Shown piece by piece: positions 54,101 through 63,455 of a stretch of 64,000 nucleotides of DNA (positions within the stretch are counted from its first letter, which is position 1; every line of letters begins with the position of its first letter). The notes beneath the pieces are model-generated. The model did not search any database. It had not been told where the DNA came from and saw only the letters and a program-made list of their open reading frames with translations. The stretch is taken from positions 529 through 64,528 of the forward strand of contig JBHPCA010000002.1 of the NCBI GenBank assembly GCA_042576225.1, in the 5' to 3' direction. The DNA comes from Candidatus Babelota bacterium. GTDB lineage: Bacteria > Babelota > Babeliae > Babelales > Vermiphilaceae. A program made the position numbers and the translations under genes.

Positions 54101-55237
54101 TAAAGCCATTGTTTTTGGCAATCCGCAATTGTTTAAACTGAGTTCCGGATCAACAACGATAACCGAACGTCCAGAATAGTCTACACGTCTTCCAAGAAGG
54201 TTCTGTCTAAATCTTCCTTGCTTTCCTCGCAACATTTCACTCAAAGATTTGAGAGGCCTTCTATTGGAGCCTCTAACCGGCTGCCCTCTTCTGCCATTAT
54301 CAATAAGCGCATCAACCGACTCTTGAAGCATTCTTTTTTCATTTTTTATAATCACAGAAGGTGCTTCTATTTCAAGCAATCTCTGCAACCTTATATTTCT
54401 ATTTAAAACTCTTCTATAAAGCTCGTTTAAGTCAGAACTTGCAAATCGACCACCTTCTAACGGAACTAATGGTCTGAGATCTGGAGGGAGTACTGGTAAT
54501 GCTGTTAAAATAATCCACTCTGGCCTTATCCCTGATTGTTTTAATCCTACAAAAACCTTTATTCTTCGCATAATTTTATGACGAACCGCAACAGAAGATG
54601 TCTTTTTATATTCTTTTTCAAGCGTTGCAATCTCTAAATCCAAATCAACGAGACTCAAAACAGATTTTATAGCTTCTGCACCACATTCTGCAACAAAATC
54701 TAAATCTTCAGGATGATCTTCTGTATAGCTTTCATATTCCACACCTGTAAGCAGAGTTTTTCTTGGGTATGGAGAATTTCCCTGATGAATAACCATATAA
54801 CAATCGAAATATATTACTCGTTCCAAATCTTTAATTGGCATATCCATTATTAAGCCTAAATAACTTGGTATGCCTTTTAAAAACCAAATATGACACACAG
54901 GCGCTACAAGCTCAACATGCCCCATTCGCTCTCGCCGAACACGAGACTGAATAACTTCAACACCACATTTTTCACAGGTAATACCTCTGTGTTTCATTCT
55001 CTTGTATTTACCACAGTTACAAACCCAGTCTTTTACCGGCCCAAAGATACGAGCACAAAAAAGCCCATCTCTTTCTGGTTTTAGCGTCCTGTAGTTTATA
55101 GTCTCTATCTTTTTAACTTCACCATAAGACAAAGACTTTATTTTCTCAGGAGAAGATATTGCAAGCTTTACAGAATTAAACTTGCCAATATTTATGTATT
55201 CTCTAAATCTTTCTAATATATTATTTCTATTACTCAC
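51104..55237 (-). CDS. rpoC: DNA-directed RNA polymerase subunit beta'
   Basis: Zinc site CNCGKYKRMKHRGITCEKCGV, catalytic NADFDGDQM, trigger-loop and bridge-helix regions. GTG start at 55235-55237. Confidence 0.97.
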   Translation of the reverse strand: MSNRNNILERFREYINIGKFNSVKLAISSPEKIKSLSYGEVKKIETINYRTLKPERDGLFCARIFGPVKDWVCNCGKYKRMKHRGITCEKCGVEVIQSRVRRERMGHVELVAPVCHIWFLKGIPSYLGLIMDMPIKDLERVIYFDCYMVIHQGNSPYPRKTLLTGVEYESYTEDHPEDLDFVAECGAEAIKSVLSLVDLDLEIATLEKEYKKTSSVAVRHKIMRRIKVFVGLKQSGIRPEWIILTALPVLPPDLRPLVPLEGGRFASSDLNELYRRVLNRNIRLQRLLEIEAPSVIIKNEKRMLQESVDALIDNGRRGQPVRGSNRRPLKSLSEMLRGKQGRFRQNLLGRRVDYSGRSVIVVDPELSLNNCGLPKTMALELFKSYVYGGLLEREIAANLRIAKKMVENLDEEIWDVLEDVVKDRVVLLNRAPTLHRLGIQAFYPILVDGKAITLHPLVCSAFNADFDGDQMAVHVPLSKKAQDESKALVLSTKNILSPASGRPITVPSQDMVLGLHYMTKIRHNSKGEGMVFSDLKEVITAYQYKQVDLHTKIKVRLGEKIVETSVGRVVLYDALPEGSDFSWINKIMKKADLVKLVELVYYNFGSDVAVKCLDRMKKLGFYNATMGGVSFSIQDLLVPVKKDLIIDEADKKVHEIEQLYRDGVITNGERYNKVIGIWARATADVASEMLNDLEEQNEMSFLNEDKVFEPFNPIFMMLVSGARGSKDQIKQLVGMRGMMAKPTGEIMETPVKTNFKDGLEVFEYFISTHGARKGQADTALKTANSGYLTRRLVDVAQDTIITLKDCKTLGYIEIEDLKESGDVLCELSDRVFGRVLAADAKDPITGEVILKQGCVVDRQAVKRISDSAISKLCIRSVLTCQAKRGVCAMCYGYDLSKGGVVDVGVTVGVIAAQSIGEPGTQLTMRTFHIGGTASGMAEQPFFTAKQEGVVQLQNIRLLRNKENKDVIISRKGKILIVSKDGRELQEHALEYGSTLLVEDGQEVKKGKKLAEWDAHNKILLTEKGGKVEFVDVIENVTIQEKFDEATGVSNYIVLDRKGDKYQPAVSILDDKGQEITQYYLPAGSYLAIKDGQRIEPGDVLVKMPREVSKTKDITGGLPRIAELFEARMPKEPAIISDIDGEVVFAGLHRGMRKISIVSGSESYDYLIPRGKQLNVVNGESVSAGDLITTGVPVLHDMLRILGPEVVQKYLVDNIQEIYLLQGIKINDRHIEVIVRQMMRKVRVIESGDSDFLIGDRVDRIHFKNVNSLLKAEGKKVAAAKPFLMGITTASLDTESFISAASFQETTRILSEAAISGQVDCLYGLKENVIVGKLIPAGTGIESFRNKYLGDDMSDLERQAKQEEEKEIDKQLNKEKNK

Positions 55238-58200
55238 AGACTTCCTCCTTGCCTCTCTTGAATAAATCTACGCGCAACCCTAAACTTTGAAGCTCTTTCA
55301 CCAGTACATTAAATGACTCTGGAAGTCCCGGATCTGGAACATCTTCACCTCTTACAATAGCTTCATACACTTTATGTCTTCCGGTCACATCGTCTGACTT
55401 ATAGGTCAACATCTCTTGAAGCGTGTACGCAGCTCCATAAGCTTCTAACGCCCACACTTCCATCTCCCCAAGTCTTTGACCACCTTTTTGGGCTTTACCC
55501 CCTAAAGGCTGTTGAGTAACAAGAGAGTATGGACCAACAGATCTCGCATGCAATTTATCATCAACCATATGATTAAGCTTCATAATATACATAAGCCCAA
55601 CCGTAATAGGCTGACCAAAATACTCACCTGTTCTACCATCACGCAATTTATAAGATCCTGCCTGAGGTAAGTCCAAATCTTTAACTAATGGACTTATATC
55701 TTCGTTATATCTCGCACTATCAAATACAGGCGTCTTGTAAAACAGGCCACTTTTTGCGGTTTTTCTTCCAAGTTCCATAACGCCTTCTTTTTCGTGCTCT
55801 TGTTCATACGCGTGTATTAACTCTTTTCCGTAATACTTCTCAAGTTTTTTCTTGACCTCTTTATATCCACCGTCTTCAAGCAACTTACCAAAACGTTTTC
55901 CTACTTCGTATGAAGTTAAGCCCAATAATGTTTCTAGAATCTGCCCAACGTTCATACGAGAAGGCACACCAAGAGGGTTAAGTACAATATCCACTGAAGT
56001 TCCATCTTCCATATATGGCATATCTTCTCGTGGAACAATAATAGATACAACACCTTTGTTACCGTGTCGCCCTGCTACTTTATCACCAACTGATACCGTA
56101 CGCTTCATCGCAACATACGCTTTTACCATTTTGATTACACCAGAAGGTAACGGGTCACCTTTTTTAAGTTTATTTATTTTTTCTTCTTTCAGGCTAGTCA
56201 GAACTCTTTCTTGTGTTTCAAAGGTTTGAGCCAAATGTGCAACGTTTGCGCTTGCACCTTTATCTTGTGTCTTAAGATATAAAATTGTATCAAAATCAAG
56301 CTCTTTAAGCTTTTCTTTATCATACACACTTCTTTTAAGTAAAGATGCAGAAACTTTTCCCGAAGGCTTCTTGCCTGCAAGCTCATCAATGATCTTATTT
56401 GCAACCATTTTACCCAAAAAGTTAACGTGCAACTCAAAGTCTTTTTCCACCCTTGCGCTTTTTTTCTCAACTTCTTGCTTATACCTTTTGTCTTTTCTTA
56501 TACCACTTCTTGAGAATATCTTAACGTCAACAACAGTCCCTTCAACCCCGGGCGGAACCCTTAAAGAGGTATCTCTTACTTCTCTTGACTTTTCACCAAA
56601 AATCGCCCTTAGAAGCTTTTCTTCTGGTGAATATTGAATATCACCTTTAAGCGTCACTTTACCAACAAGTATATCGCCAGGCTTTACCCTGGTTCCAATT
56701 CTCACAATTCCATCATCATCCAAACCTTCAAGGTCTTTTTCCCCGATATTTGGAATATCTCTTGTAATTTCTTCCGGCCCTAACTTTGTATCCCGTGCAT
56801 CAACTACATATTCATCTATGTGAACAGATGTAAGCACATCCTCAGCAACTAATCGCTTATTAAGTACGATAGCATCCTCAAAATTGTACCCATGCCACAT
56901 CATAAATGCAACAAGAAGATTAGCCCCTAATGAAAGTTCACCATTAGAAATAGCAGAACCATTAGTAAGAACATCACCAACCTCTACTTTATCACCAGGC
57001 TTTACAATTGAGGTATGATGAATCCACGTGCAATAACTAGAACGTTCAAATTTTCTCAACTGAAAAGTCTCAACGCCATTTGCGATCCAATCTTCAACAG
57101 TCTTAAAGACCTCTCTATTATAACGTAATACAATTTTTTCAGAAGAAACATACTCAACAACGCCAGGTTTTTTTGCAATCAAAACCGCACCTGAAGCTTG
57201 CACTACCTCTTTTTCCATACCTGTTCCAACAACGGGAGCCTGAGTCCTTATGATAGGCACCGCCTGTCTTTGCATGTTAGAACCCATTAACGCACGACTC
57301 GCATCATCATGTTCTAAAAACGGAATAAGTGCTGCAGAAACAGAAACAAGCTGTTTCGGAGATAGATCTATAAAATCAACCCCTTCAGGCTCTACATACA
57401 AATAGTTACCTTCATGCCTTACAACAATCTCCTCGCCTTTTAATTTATTGTTTTTTTTGCTATCAGCAGATCTTGCCTGCGCTATATAATTTTTTGCTTC
57501 TTGAAATGCATCGAGAAAAACAACCTCTTCTTTTATTTTTCCACCTTTAACCGGCCTATAGGCTGTTTCAATAAAACCTAAATCGTTTACCATCGCATAG
57601 GTCGCCAAAGAGGATATCAAACCAACAGTCTGCCCCTCAGGAGTCTCAATAGGACATATTCTTCCATAGTGAGATGTATGAACGTCTCGAATTTCATACG
57701 TTGCCCGATCCTTCAAAACACCACCAGGACCAAGAGCAGAAAGCCTTCTTTTGTGGGCAATCTCAGACAATGGATTTGTTTGATCCATAAACTGTGACAA
57801 TTGTCCAAGGCCAAAAAACTCCCTCAAAACTGCACTTAAAGGCTTAACATTAAGAAAATCTTGCGGCATAATTGCGCCATGTGCCTCTTGCATTCTAAAG
57901 CGCTCTTTAACAATTCTTTCTATCCTCAAAAAGCCTTGATACATCTGATTTGCAAGCAATTCACCAACAAGTCTCACCCGTCTGTTTCCTAAGTGATCAA
58001 TGTCATCCAGCTGACCTTCACCTCTTTCTCTGAGGCCAACCAAATATTTTATTGTTGCAATTATATCTTCTTGTGTTAGAGCTGTTTTTTCTTCTTCAAC
58101 TTCCAACCCTAACTTCCTGTTCATACGAATACGGCCAACCCTTGTAAGATCGTAAAACCGTTCATTGTAAAGAGAATTTAATAATCTTTCTCTCACCCCT

Positions 58201-59570
58201 TTTATAGATGAACTATCACCCGGCCAAACCTTTGAATGAAGCTCTTTTAAGGCGTCTGCCTCTGAATAACACTTATCAACATTAAGAGTAATTGCTATTG
58301 TTGGCTGGAAAACATAGCCCGACGAAGCTATCAAGTCAAGCTCTATCTCTTTCCTAATAGTTTTAAGAAGCCCTAAATGCTCCTCAGTAAATGTCTGCCC
58401 TTGCTCTAATAATATTTCACCTGTTTGCGGATCAACTAAATCTTTTCCAAGCACACGATTTACCAAAGATACAGACCTTACAATAAGCCTATCCACATTC
58501 GCTTTTTTAAGCTTCGCAATAATATCCTTTGTAACTCTCCGACCTAAGAATTTCTTTTCCAACTTTTCAGGCAAAACCCCTTTTTCTATACGTTGCCCAA
58601 GCAAAGAATCATCAACAAACCTGAAAAATTCTCCTTTTTTGGCATATACCTTGTCAAACTTATAAAACAAAGGAATCATCTCATCTCTTGGAACACCTAA
58701 AGCTTGCAAAAACGTGGTAACGAGAATTTTCTTCCTCTTGTCTATTCGAACATACAGGTGATCGCTGCTATCAAACTCAAAATCAAGCCATGAACCGCGC
58801 ATTGGAATTATACGCGCAAGATAATACGGCCTTCCCCTAAAATCTTTTATTTTCTTACTTTGTGAAAATATGACACCGGGTGATCTGTGCAACTGACTGA
58901 CAACAACTCTGTCAACGCCATTTATTAAGAACGTACCCAAACTTCCAAGTTTAAACTTACCGCCCTCTTCAAATATATCTGCCATAACAGGAAGATCGGC
59001 AAAAAATATTTCTTGTTCTTTTATATCTCTTACCGTTTTCTTACTCTTGTCATCCTTGTCGTCTATATCCCAACTTATCAACTGAACCTTTACCCTCAGA
59101 GGCATCTGGAATGTTTGACCACTTGAACGACACTCGTCAAGCGTCATAGGCATATTTACCGCGACCCTCGATAAGCAGTTTGAACATGTTTTATATTTTG
59201 CCGTTTTCTTTTTGCAAAACTTACAAGAAAAATCCTCCGGCAACCGAGAACAATCTGATTTTTCACATGAGGAGCATTTCCACCTATATCGATCTTCAAT
59301 TCCCTCCAGTTTTCCACACGTACACGTCCAACGTCCTAAGGTATAGGAGACATACTCTAGTGACATTTTTCCATTATAATCTATAGGAAAAATATCTCTT
59401 AGCACCTTCTCAAGACCAATATTTTTACGCTCAGAAGGCAAGTAATCTAACTGTGCAAAGTCATTAAAGGAATTCGACTGTATCTCAATCAAATTAGGAA
59501 CTTCTACTATATCCTTAACAACTCCAAACGCTTTACGTATATTACCCTTGCCAATATGCAAGTTTGACAT
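55230..59570 (-). CDS. rpoB: DNA-directed RNA polymerase subunit beta, with N-terminal Cys-rich insertion
   Basis: Conserved beta motifs (GRRVRLVGELL, RLSALGPGG, NMQRQAVP, GHNFEDA, GDKVAGRHGNKGVVS, NPLGVPSRMN, GGQRLGEMEVWA), plus an insertion of about 60 aa. Confidence 0.97.
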   Translation of the reverse strand: MSNLHIGKGNIRKAFGVVKDIVEVPNLIEIQSNSFNDFAQLDYLPSERKNIGLEKVLRDIFPIDYNGKMSLEYVSYTLGRWTCTCGKLEGIEDRYRWKCSSCEKSDCSRLPEDFSCKFCKKKTAKYKTCSNCLSRVAVNMPMTLDECRSSGQTFQMPLRVKVQLISWDIDDKDDKSKKTVRDIKEQEIFFADLPVMADIFEEGGKFKLGSLGTFLINGVDRVVVSQLHRSPGVIFSQSKKIKDFRGRPYYLARIIPMRGSWLDFEFDSSDHLYVRIDKRKKILVTTFLQALGVPRDEMIPLFYKFDKVYAKKGEFFRFVDDSLLGQRIEKGVLPEKLEKKFLGRRVTKDIIAKLKKANVDRLIVRSVSLVNRVLGKDLVDPQTGEILLEQGQTFTEEHLGLLKTIRKEIELDLIASSGYVFQPTIAITLNVDKCYSEADALKELHSKVWPGDSSSIKGVRERLLNSLYNERFYDLTRVGRIRMNRKLGLEVEEEKTALTQEDIIATIKYLVGLRERGEGQLDDIDHLGNRRVRLVGELLANQMYQGFLRIERIVKERFRMQEAHGAIMPQDFLNVKPLSAVLREFFGLGQLSQFMDQTNPLSEIAHKRRLSALGPGGVLKDRATYEIRDVHTSHYGRICPIETPEGQTVGLISSLATYAMVNDLGFIETAYRPVKGGKIKEEVVFLDAFQEAKNYIAQARSADSKKNNKLKGEEIVVRHEGNYLYVEPEGVDFIDLSPKQLVSVSAALIPFLEHDDASRALMGSNMQRQAVPIIRTQAPVVGTGMEKEVVQASGAVLIAKKPGVVEYVSSEKIVLRYNREVFKTVEDWIANGVETFQLRKFERSSYCTWIHHTSIVKPGDKVEVGDVLTNGSAISNGELSLGANLLVAFMMWHGYNFEDAIVLNKRLVAEDVLTSVHIDEYVVDARDTKLGPEEITRDIPNIGEKDLEGLDDDGIVRIGTRVKPGDILVGKVTLKGDIQYSPEEKLLRAIFGEKSREVRDTSLRVPPGVEGTVVDVKIFSRSGIRKDKRYKQEVEKKSARVEKDFELHVNFLGKMVANKIIDELAGKKPSGKVSASLLKRSVYDKEKLKELDFDTILYLKTQDKGASANVAHLAQTFETQERVLTSLKEEKINKLKKGDPLPSGVIKMVKAYVAMKRTVSVGDKVAGRHGNKGVVSIIVPREDMPYMEDGTSVDIVLNPLGVPSRMNVGQILETLLGLTSYEVGKRFGKLLEDGGYKEVKKKLEKYYGKELIHAYEQEHEKEGVMELGRKTAKSGLFYKTPVFDSARYNEDISPLVKDLDLPQAGSYKLRDGRTGEYFGQPITVGLMYIMKLNHMVDDKLHARSVGPYSLVTQQPLGGKAQKGGQRLGEMEVWALEAYGAAYTLQEMLTYKSDDVTGRHKVYEAIVRGEDVPDPGLPESFNVLVKELQSLGLRVDLFKRGKEEVCE
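59157..59333 (-). other. Cys-rich (zinc-ribbon-like) insertion in RpoB, residues about 80-138
   Basis: WTCTCGKLEGIEDRYRWKCSSCEKSDCSRLPEDFSCKFCKKKTAKYKTCSNCLSRV has C-x-C...C-x2-C and C-x2-C...C-x2-C pairs. It lies between YVSYTLG and TLDECRSSGQTFQMPLRVKV. Confidence 0.6.
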
Positions 59571-59639
59571 TAAGCGGCTCCTCGTATTTTAAATCCCCAC
59601 GTATAAAAACCAAAATATCCAAAAATAAACTGAGCTTAA

Positions 59640-60023
59640 TTACGAAAGCTCAACAGTTGCTCCCACAGCCTCTAATTCCTTTTTCATTTTTTGAGCATCT
59701 TGGGCTGGAACAGATTCACCAATAACAGAAGGTACTTCTTCTACAGCTTTTTTAGCATCTGACAAACTCAATTCCGTCACTTTACGCAAAGCTTTTATAT
59801 TGTCAATCTTCTTTTCGCCCGCAGTTTTAAGAGTAACCTTGTATGCTGATTTTTCTTCTTTTTCTGCTTCTTGAGCACCAGCTTGAGCTGCTGGAGCTGC
59901 AGCAACAGGCATAGCAGCGGAAACACCAAACTTGTCTTCCAATGCTTTTACCAAATCTGCCAAATCTAAAACAGACATTTTTCCTATTTCATCAATCAAT
60001 TTATCAAACGAATTTGATGCCAT
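59640..60023 (-). CDS. rplL: 50S ribosomal protein L7/L12
   Basis: SVLDLADLVKALEDKFGVSA, an Ala-rich hinge and C-terminal KIDNIKALRKVTELSLSDAKKAVE. ATG at 60023 follows GGGGAAAG; the track ORF starts at 60035. Confidence 0.92.
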   Translation of the reverse strand: MASNSFDKLIDEIGKMSVLDLADLVKALEDKFGVSAAMPVAAAPAAQAGAQEAEKEEKSAYKVTLKTAGEKKIDNIKALRKVTELSLSDAKKAVEEVPSVIGESVPAQDAQKMKKELEAVGATVELS

Positions 60024-60124
60024 TTCTTTCCCCATATACAGTTACAATAAAATTAAAATTAATTAAAACAAAACCAAATACAACTCAAATGCCTTACTTA
60101 ACTACGCCTTTTTTATATTTATTA

Positions 60125-60646
60125 TTAGCCTTTCTTCTGCTTTTCTATTTGCTTCAACGCAAAAAGAAGCTTTAGAACAACCATATTAAGAACTCTTGCC
60201 AACCCTGATATAGGAGCTTGTAGCGTCCCACACAACTGAGCAAGCAAAACATCTCTCGAAGGCAAAGAAGCTATTTGAGAAATTTTTTCTTTTGCTATGA
60301 CCTTAGAATCAAAATATCCAGCAATAAGCTCCAAGGCTTCATTTTTCTCAGAAAAATCAGATAATATTTTTGCCACATCAGCAACTTCTTTTTCAGCAAA
60401 AACCAAACCGATCTGATCCTTAAAAAAATCTCCTAGCCCACTTACCCCTGGCTCTCCGTCAACAGCACGCTTCATCAACCTTGCTTTGGCGACTTTTAAA
60501 GATCCACCCTTAGAGCGCAAATCCGAACGCAATTGCTGCATTTTTTCAACATTCAAGCCCTTGTAAACAACCAAAAACGAAGCTTGGCTTGAAAGTAAAC
60601 CTTTTTTTAATCCCTCTACAACTAATTCTTTTTCTTGGCGATTCAT
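60125..60646 (-). CDS. rplJ: 50S ribosomal protein L10
   Basis: Position between rplA and rplL, plus L10-like sequence (FLVVYKGLNVEKMQQLRSDLRSKGGSLKVAKARL). Confidence 0.88.
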   Translation of the reverse strand: MNRQEKELVVEGLKKGLLSSQASFLVVYKGLNVEKMQQLRSDLRSKGGSLKVAKARLMKRAVDGEPGVSGLGDFFKDQIGLVFAEKEVADVAKILSDFSEKNEALELIAGYFDSKVIAKEKISQIASLPSRDVLLAQLCGTLQAPISGLARVLNMVVLKLLFALKQIEKQKKG

Positions 60647-60665
60647 AATTATGAGCTCCTCCTAA

Positions 60666-61361
60666 TCAAGACCGTAAAAATTCATCAGGGTTTACGCCGA
60701 TACCTATACCCATAGTAGATGAAATCGTCATTTTCTTTAAAAATTTACCCTTTGAAGTAGAAGGCTTCGAAGAAATTAAAGCCTTGATAAAAGCATTTAA
60801 ATTATCTTTCAACTTTTGAACATCAAAAGAAACTTTACCAAAAGAAAAGTGAACAAGGCCACTCTTATCATTTTTATAAAACGCCTTACCCTTTTTCAAT
60901 TCCTCTACAACTTTTCCAACCTCAAACGTAACCGTTCCAGTTTTCTTGTTTGGAAGCAAGCCACGAGGACCTAAAATCTTAGCCAACTTACCGACCATCC
61001 CCATCATATCCGGAGTTGCGACCGCATAGTCAAACTCCATCCAACCTTTAGAGATTTTGTCAACAAGCTCTTGCCCTCCAACATAGTCTGCCCCCGCCTT
61101 TTTTGCCTCATCGATGTGATCACCTTTTGCAAAAACAAGAATCTTTACATCCTTGCCTCTACCATGAGGAAGCATAACAGCTCCACGAACAGCCTGGTCT
61201 CCCTTTGTGGGATCTATCCCAAGATTTATATAAACATCAACAGACTCATCAAACTTTGCAAAAGCCAATTCTTTAGCTTTTTCAAGCGCCTCTGAACAAC
61301 CTAGAAGCCCTTCTTCTCTTTTTTGAGCCGCTGTTTCGTATTTTTTACCTCGCTTAGACAT
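60666..61361 (-). CDS. rplA: 50S ribosomal protein L1
   Basis: MSKRGKKYE..., FDESVDVYINLGIDPTKGDQAVRGAVMLPHGRGK, ATPDMMGMVGKLAKILGPRGLLP. The track ORF starts 7 codons upstream. Confidence 0.92.
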   Translation of the reverse strand: MSKRGKKYETAAQKREEGLLGCSEALEKAKELAFAKFDESVDVYINLGIDPTKGDQAVRGAVMLPHGRGKDVKILVFAKGDHIDEAKKAGADYVGGQELVDKISKGWMEFDYAVATPDMMGMVGKLAKILGPRGLLPNKKTGTVTFEVGKVVEELKKGKAFYKNDKSGLVHFSFGKVSFDVQKLKDNLNAFIKALISSKPSTSKGKFLKKMTISSTMGIGIGVNPDEFLRS

Positions 61362-61378
61362 AATTAAAGCCCCTAACA

Positions 61379-61804
61379 TCAATCTACGACATCAACACCC
61401 ATGCTGCGCGCACTTCCAGCAACTATTTTCTTTGCCTGCTCAATATCATGCGCATTCAAGTCAGGCATCTTAATTTTCGCTATCTCTTCTATATCCTTCC
61501 ATGAAATTTTACCAACTTTTGAATCTTTCGGATTAGAAGAACCTTTTGAAATATTAATTTTTTTCTTTATCAACTCTGATGCAGGAGGAGTCTTTACTAT
61601 AAATGTAAAGGACCTATCGGCATACACCGTAATCTCTACCGGAACAGTTTCACCTTTTCTGCTTGCAGTCATTGCATTAAACTTCTTGCAGAAATCCATA
61701 ATATTTACACCTTGCTGCCCCAAAGAAGATCCAACAGGCGGAGCCGGAGTCGCTCCCCCACCAGGAATTTGAAGTTTAATTTTAGCTTTTATCTCTTTAG
61801 CCAT
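61379..61804 (-). CDS. rplK: 50S ribosomal protein L11
   Basis: [35 protein letters not shown]... Confidence 0.95.
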   Translation of the reverse strand: MAKEIKAKIKLQIPGGGATPAPPVGSSLGQQGVNIMDFCKKFNAMTASRKGETVPVEITVYADRSFTFIVKTPPASELIKKKINISKGSSNPKDSKVGKISWKDIEEIAKIKMPDLNAHDIEQAKKIVAGSARSMGVDVVD

Positions 61805-61824
61805 TTTTTAACACCTAATAATTA

Positions 61825-62346
61825 CTATTTTTTTACCTGATTAAATCTGAGTTCAACCGGCGTCATTCTACCAAAAATACTTACCATAACAGTAAGCTTT
61901 TCATTTTCATAATCTATCTTATCAATAACACCAACAAAGCCCGCAAACGGACCCTCACTAATGTCAACCTCTGCTTCCACGGCAAAACCCTCTTTCTCAG
62001 AAGAAACAATAACCTCACCCTTCATCTGGGAAATAATCTTTTCAATTTCCTTTTTAGACAAAGGCATAGGATTTTTCCCACCTAAAAACCTAAACGCCCT
62101 AGGACTTTCCAAAACAAACCTAAAAGTCTCTGGGCCCAACTCCATTTCAACGAGCAAATACCCAGGAAAAAGCTGCTGATCCTTAGCCTCGTCTACAGAC
62201 TCAAAAAAACTTTTCATCTTTGCAGACGGTATCAAAATTTCACCAAAAGAATCTTGAAGCTCAGACTCCTTAATGTGCTTTTCTAAATCAGCCTTTACGG
62301 CCTCCTCATATCCAGCAAAAACCTGGACTACATACCAACGTTTCAT
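61825..62346 (-). CDS. nusG: transcription termination/antitermination factor NusG
   Basis: NGN domain WYVVQVFAGYEEAV and a KOW region GPFAGFVGVIDKIDYENEKLTVMVSIFGR. Sits between secE and rplK. Confidence 0.93.
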   Translation of the reverse strand: MKRWYVVQVFAGYEEAVKADLEKHIKESELQDSFGEILIPSAKMKSFFESVDEAKDQQLFPGYLLVEMELGPETFRFVLESPRAFRFLGGKNPMPLSKKEIEKIISQMKGEVIVSSEKEGFAVEAEVDISEGPFAGFVGVIDKIDYENEKLTVMVSIFGRMTPVELRFNQVKK

Positions 62347-62399
62347 TTACAAATTGCTCCTAAAGCCGATCTCACGTTCCCCTGCCAAAACAACCAAAG

Positions 62400-62594
62400 T
62401 CAAGAAGTCCACCATTCAAGGAGATATTTCATTCCCAAGTCAAAGCCCTTGTCAACAACGCCTAAATAAATAGACATTATCGTAGTGAGAAAAACCACAA
62501 CTATTGTCGACCCCACAAACTCATCACGCTTGGGCCAAATAACCCTAGAAAGCTCTAATTTTACTTCGCCAAGAAATTTCCCTATATCTTTCAT
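62400..62594 (-). CDS. secE: preprotein translocase subunit SecE
   Basis: 64 aa: FLGEVKLELSRVIWPKRDE followed by a single TM. Conserved secE-nusG position. Confidence 0.85.
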   Translation of the reverse strand: MKDIGKFLGEVKLELSRVIWPKRDEFVGSTIVVVFLTTIMSIYLGVVDKGFDLGMKYLLEWWTS

Positions 62595-62658
62595 ATTCTA
62601 CCCGTAGAATCTTATATGATTTAACTTTGGCTATCTAAAAACATCCTCATAAGCGCGC

Positions 62659-62735
62659 TGGCAGGCCAGGAGGGACTCGAACCCCCAACCATCAGATTTG
62701 GAGTCTGCCGCTCTACCAATTCGAGCTACTGGCCT
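62659..62735 (-). tRNA. tRNA-Trp (anticodon CCA), CCA end encoded
   Basis: AGGCCAG-TA-GCTC-GAATTGGTA-GAGC-G-GCAGA-CTCCAAA-TCTGA-TGGTT-GGGGG-TTCGAGT-CCCTC-CTGGCCT-G-CCA. Confidence 0.88.
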
Positions 62736-62748
62736 AAAAGCCAAAATT

Positions 62749-62907
62749 TTATTTGCTCTCTTTATGCTCAACATGCTTTCTGCAACGATGACAAAACTTT
62801 TTCAACTTCAAAGAGCCAACAGCCCTCTTCTTGCCTACAACTTGCGTATAATTACGCTCCTTGCATTCTGTACATGCCAAATAACTGATGATTCTATTTT
62901 TAGCCAT
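62749..62907 (-). CDS. rpmG: 50S ribosomal protein L33
   Basis: Hand translation of the minus strand gives MAKNRIISYLACTECKERNYTQVVGKKRAVGSLKLKKFCHRCRKHVEHKESK (52 aa). It has the CxxC...CxxC L33 pattern. It falls below the ORF-track length cutoff. Confidence 0.85.
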   Translation of the reverse strand: MAKNRIISYLACTECKERNYTQVVGKKRAVGSLKLKKFCHRCRKHVEHKESK

Positions 62908-62965
62908 AAAACTCTTCTTTAAAACTACTTAAATTAATCAAAACAACATCTTATAATGGTAACCA

Positions 62966-63041
62966 TGGAGCCCGCGACCGGATTTGAACCGGTGACCTCT
63001 CCCTTACCAAGGAAGTGCTCTACCGACTGAGCTACGTGGGC
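62966..63041 (-). tRNA. tRNA-Thr (anticodon GGT), CCA encoded
   Basis: GCCCACG-TA-GCTC-AGTCGGTA-GAGC-A-CTTCC-TTGGTAA-GGGAG-AGGTC-ACCGG-TTCAAAT-CCGGT-CGCGGGC-T-CCA, with one A-C mismatch in the acceptor stem. Confidence 0.85.
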
Positions 63042-63455
63042 ATCAATTACACTCTTTCCTATAAATAGAATAATTTAAAAAAAGGAAAAAGACAAATTAA
63101 TTTTACACAATCATCGCTCCTAATACATTTTGCACACACAAGAGTTCTAAAATCAACTAAAAACTCTCGGCAAGCAACCGCTTTAGAAGCTCAAATTCAA
63201 AAATCTCTTTAAACCTTTACCCATATAAAATATTTTAATCGAAAAAATCACAAAAAACAAGTTTTTATGCATATTTTTTTAATTTATTTAGTTTTTATGT
63301 CATCGCGTTAAAAAATGGCTTCGTCTTGACCAAAAAACCCTAGGATAAGCCATATGCGATAAGTTTATGATTTTTACCCCTTGCGCTCTCACCAAACCAC
63401 AGTAAATACCGGGATACCGGCACTAAATCCTAAGCTTATTGAAAGACCCAAGGGC

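Noticed and set aside
62698-62922. 74-aa plus-strand ORF.
   Set aside because: It overlaps tRNA-Trp and lies antisense to the L33 gene.
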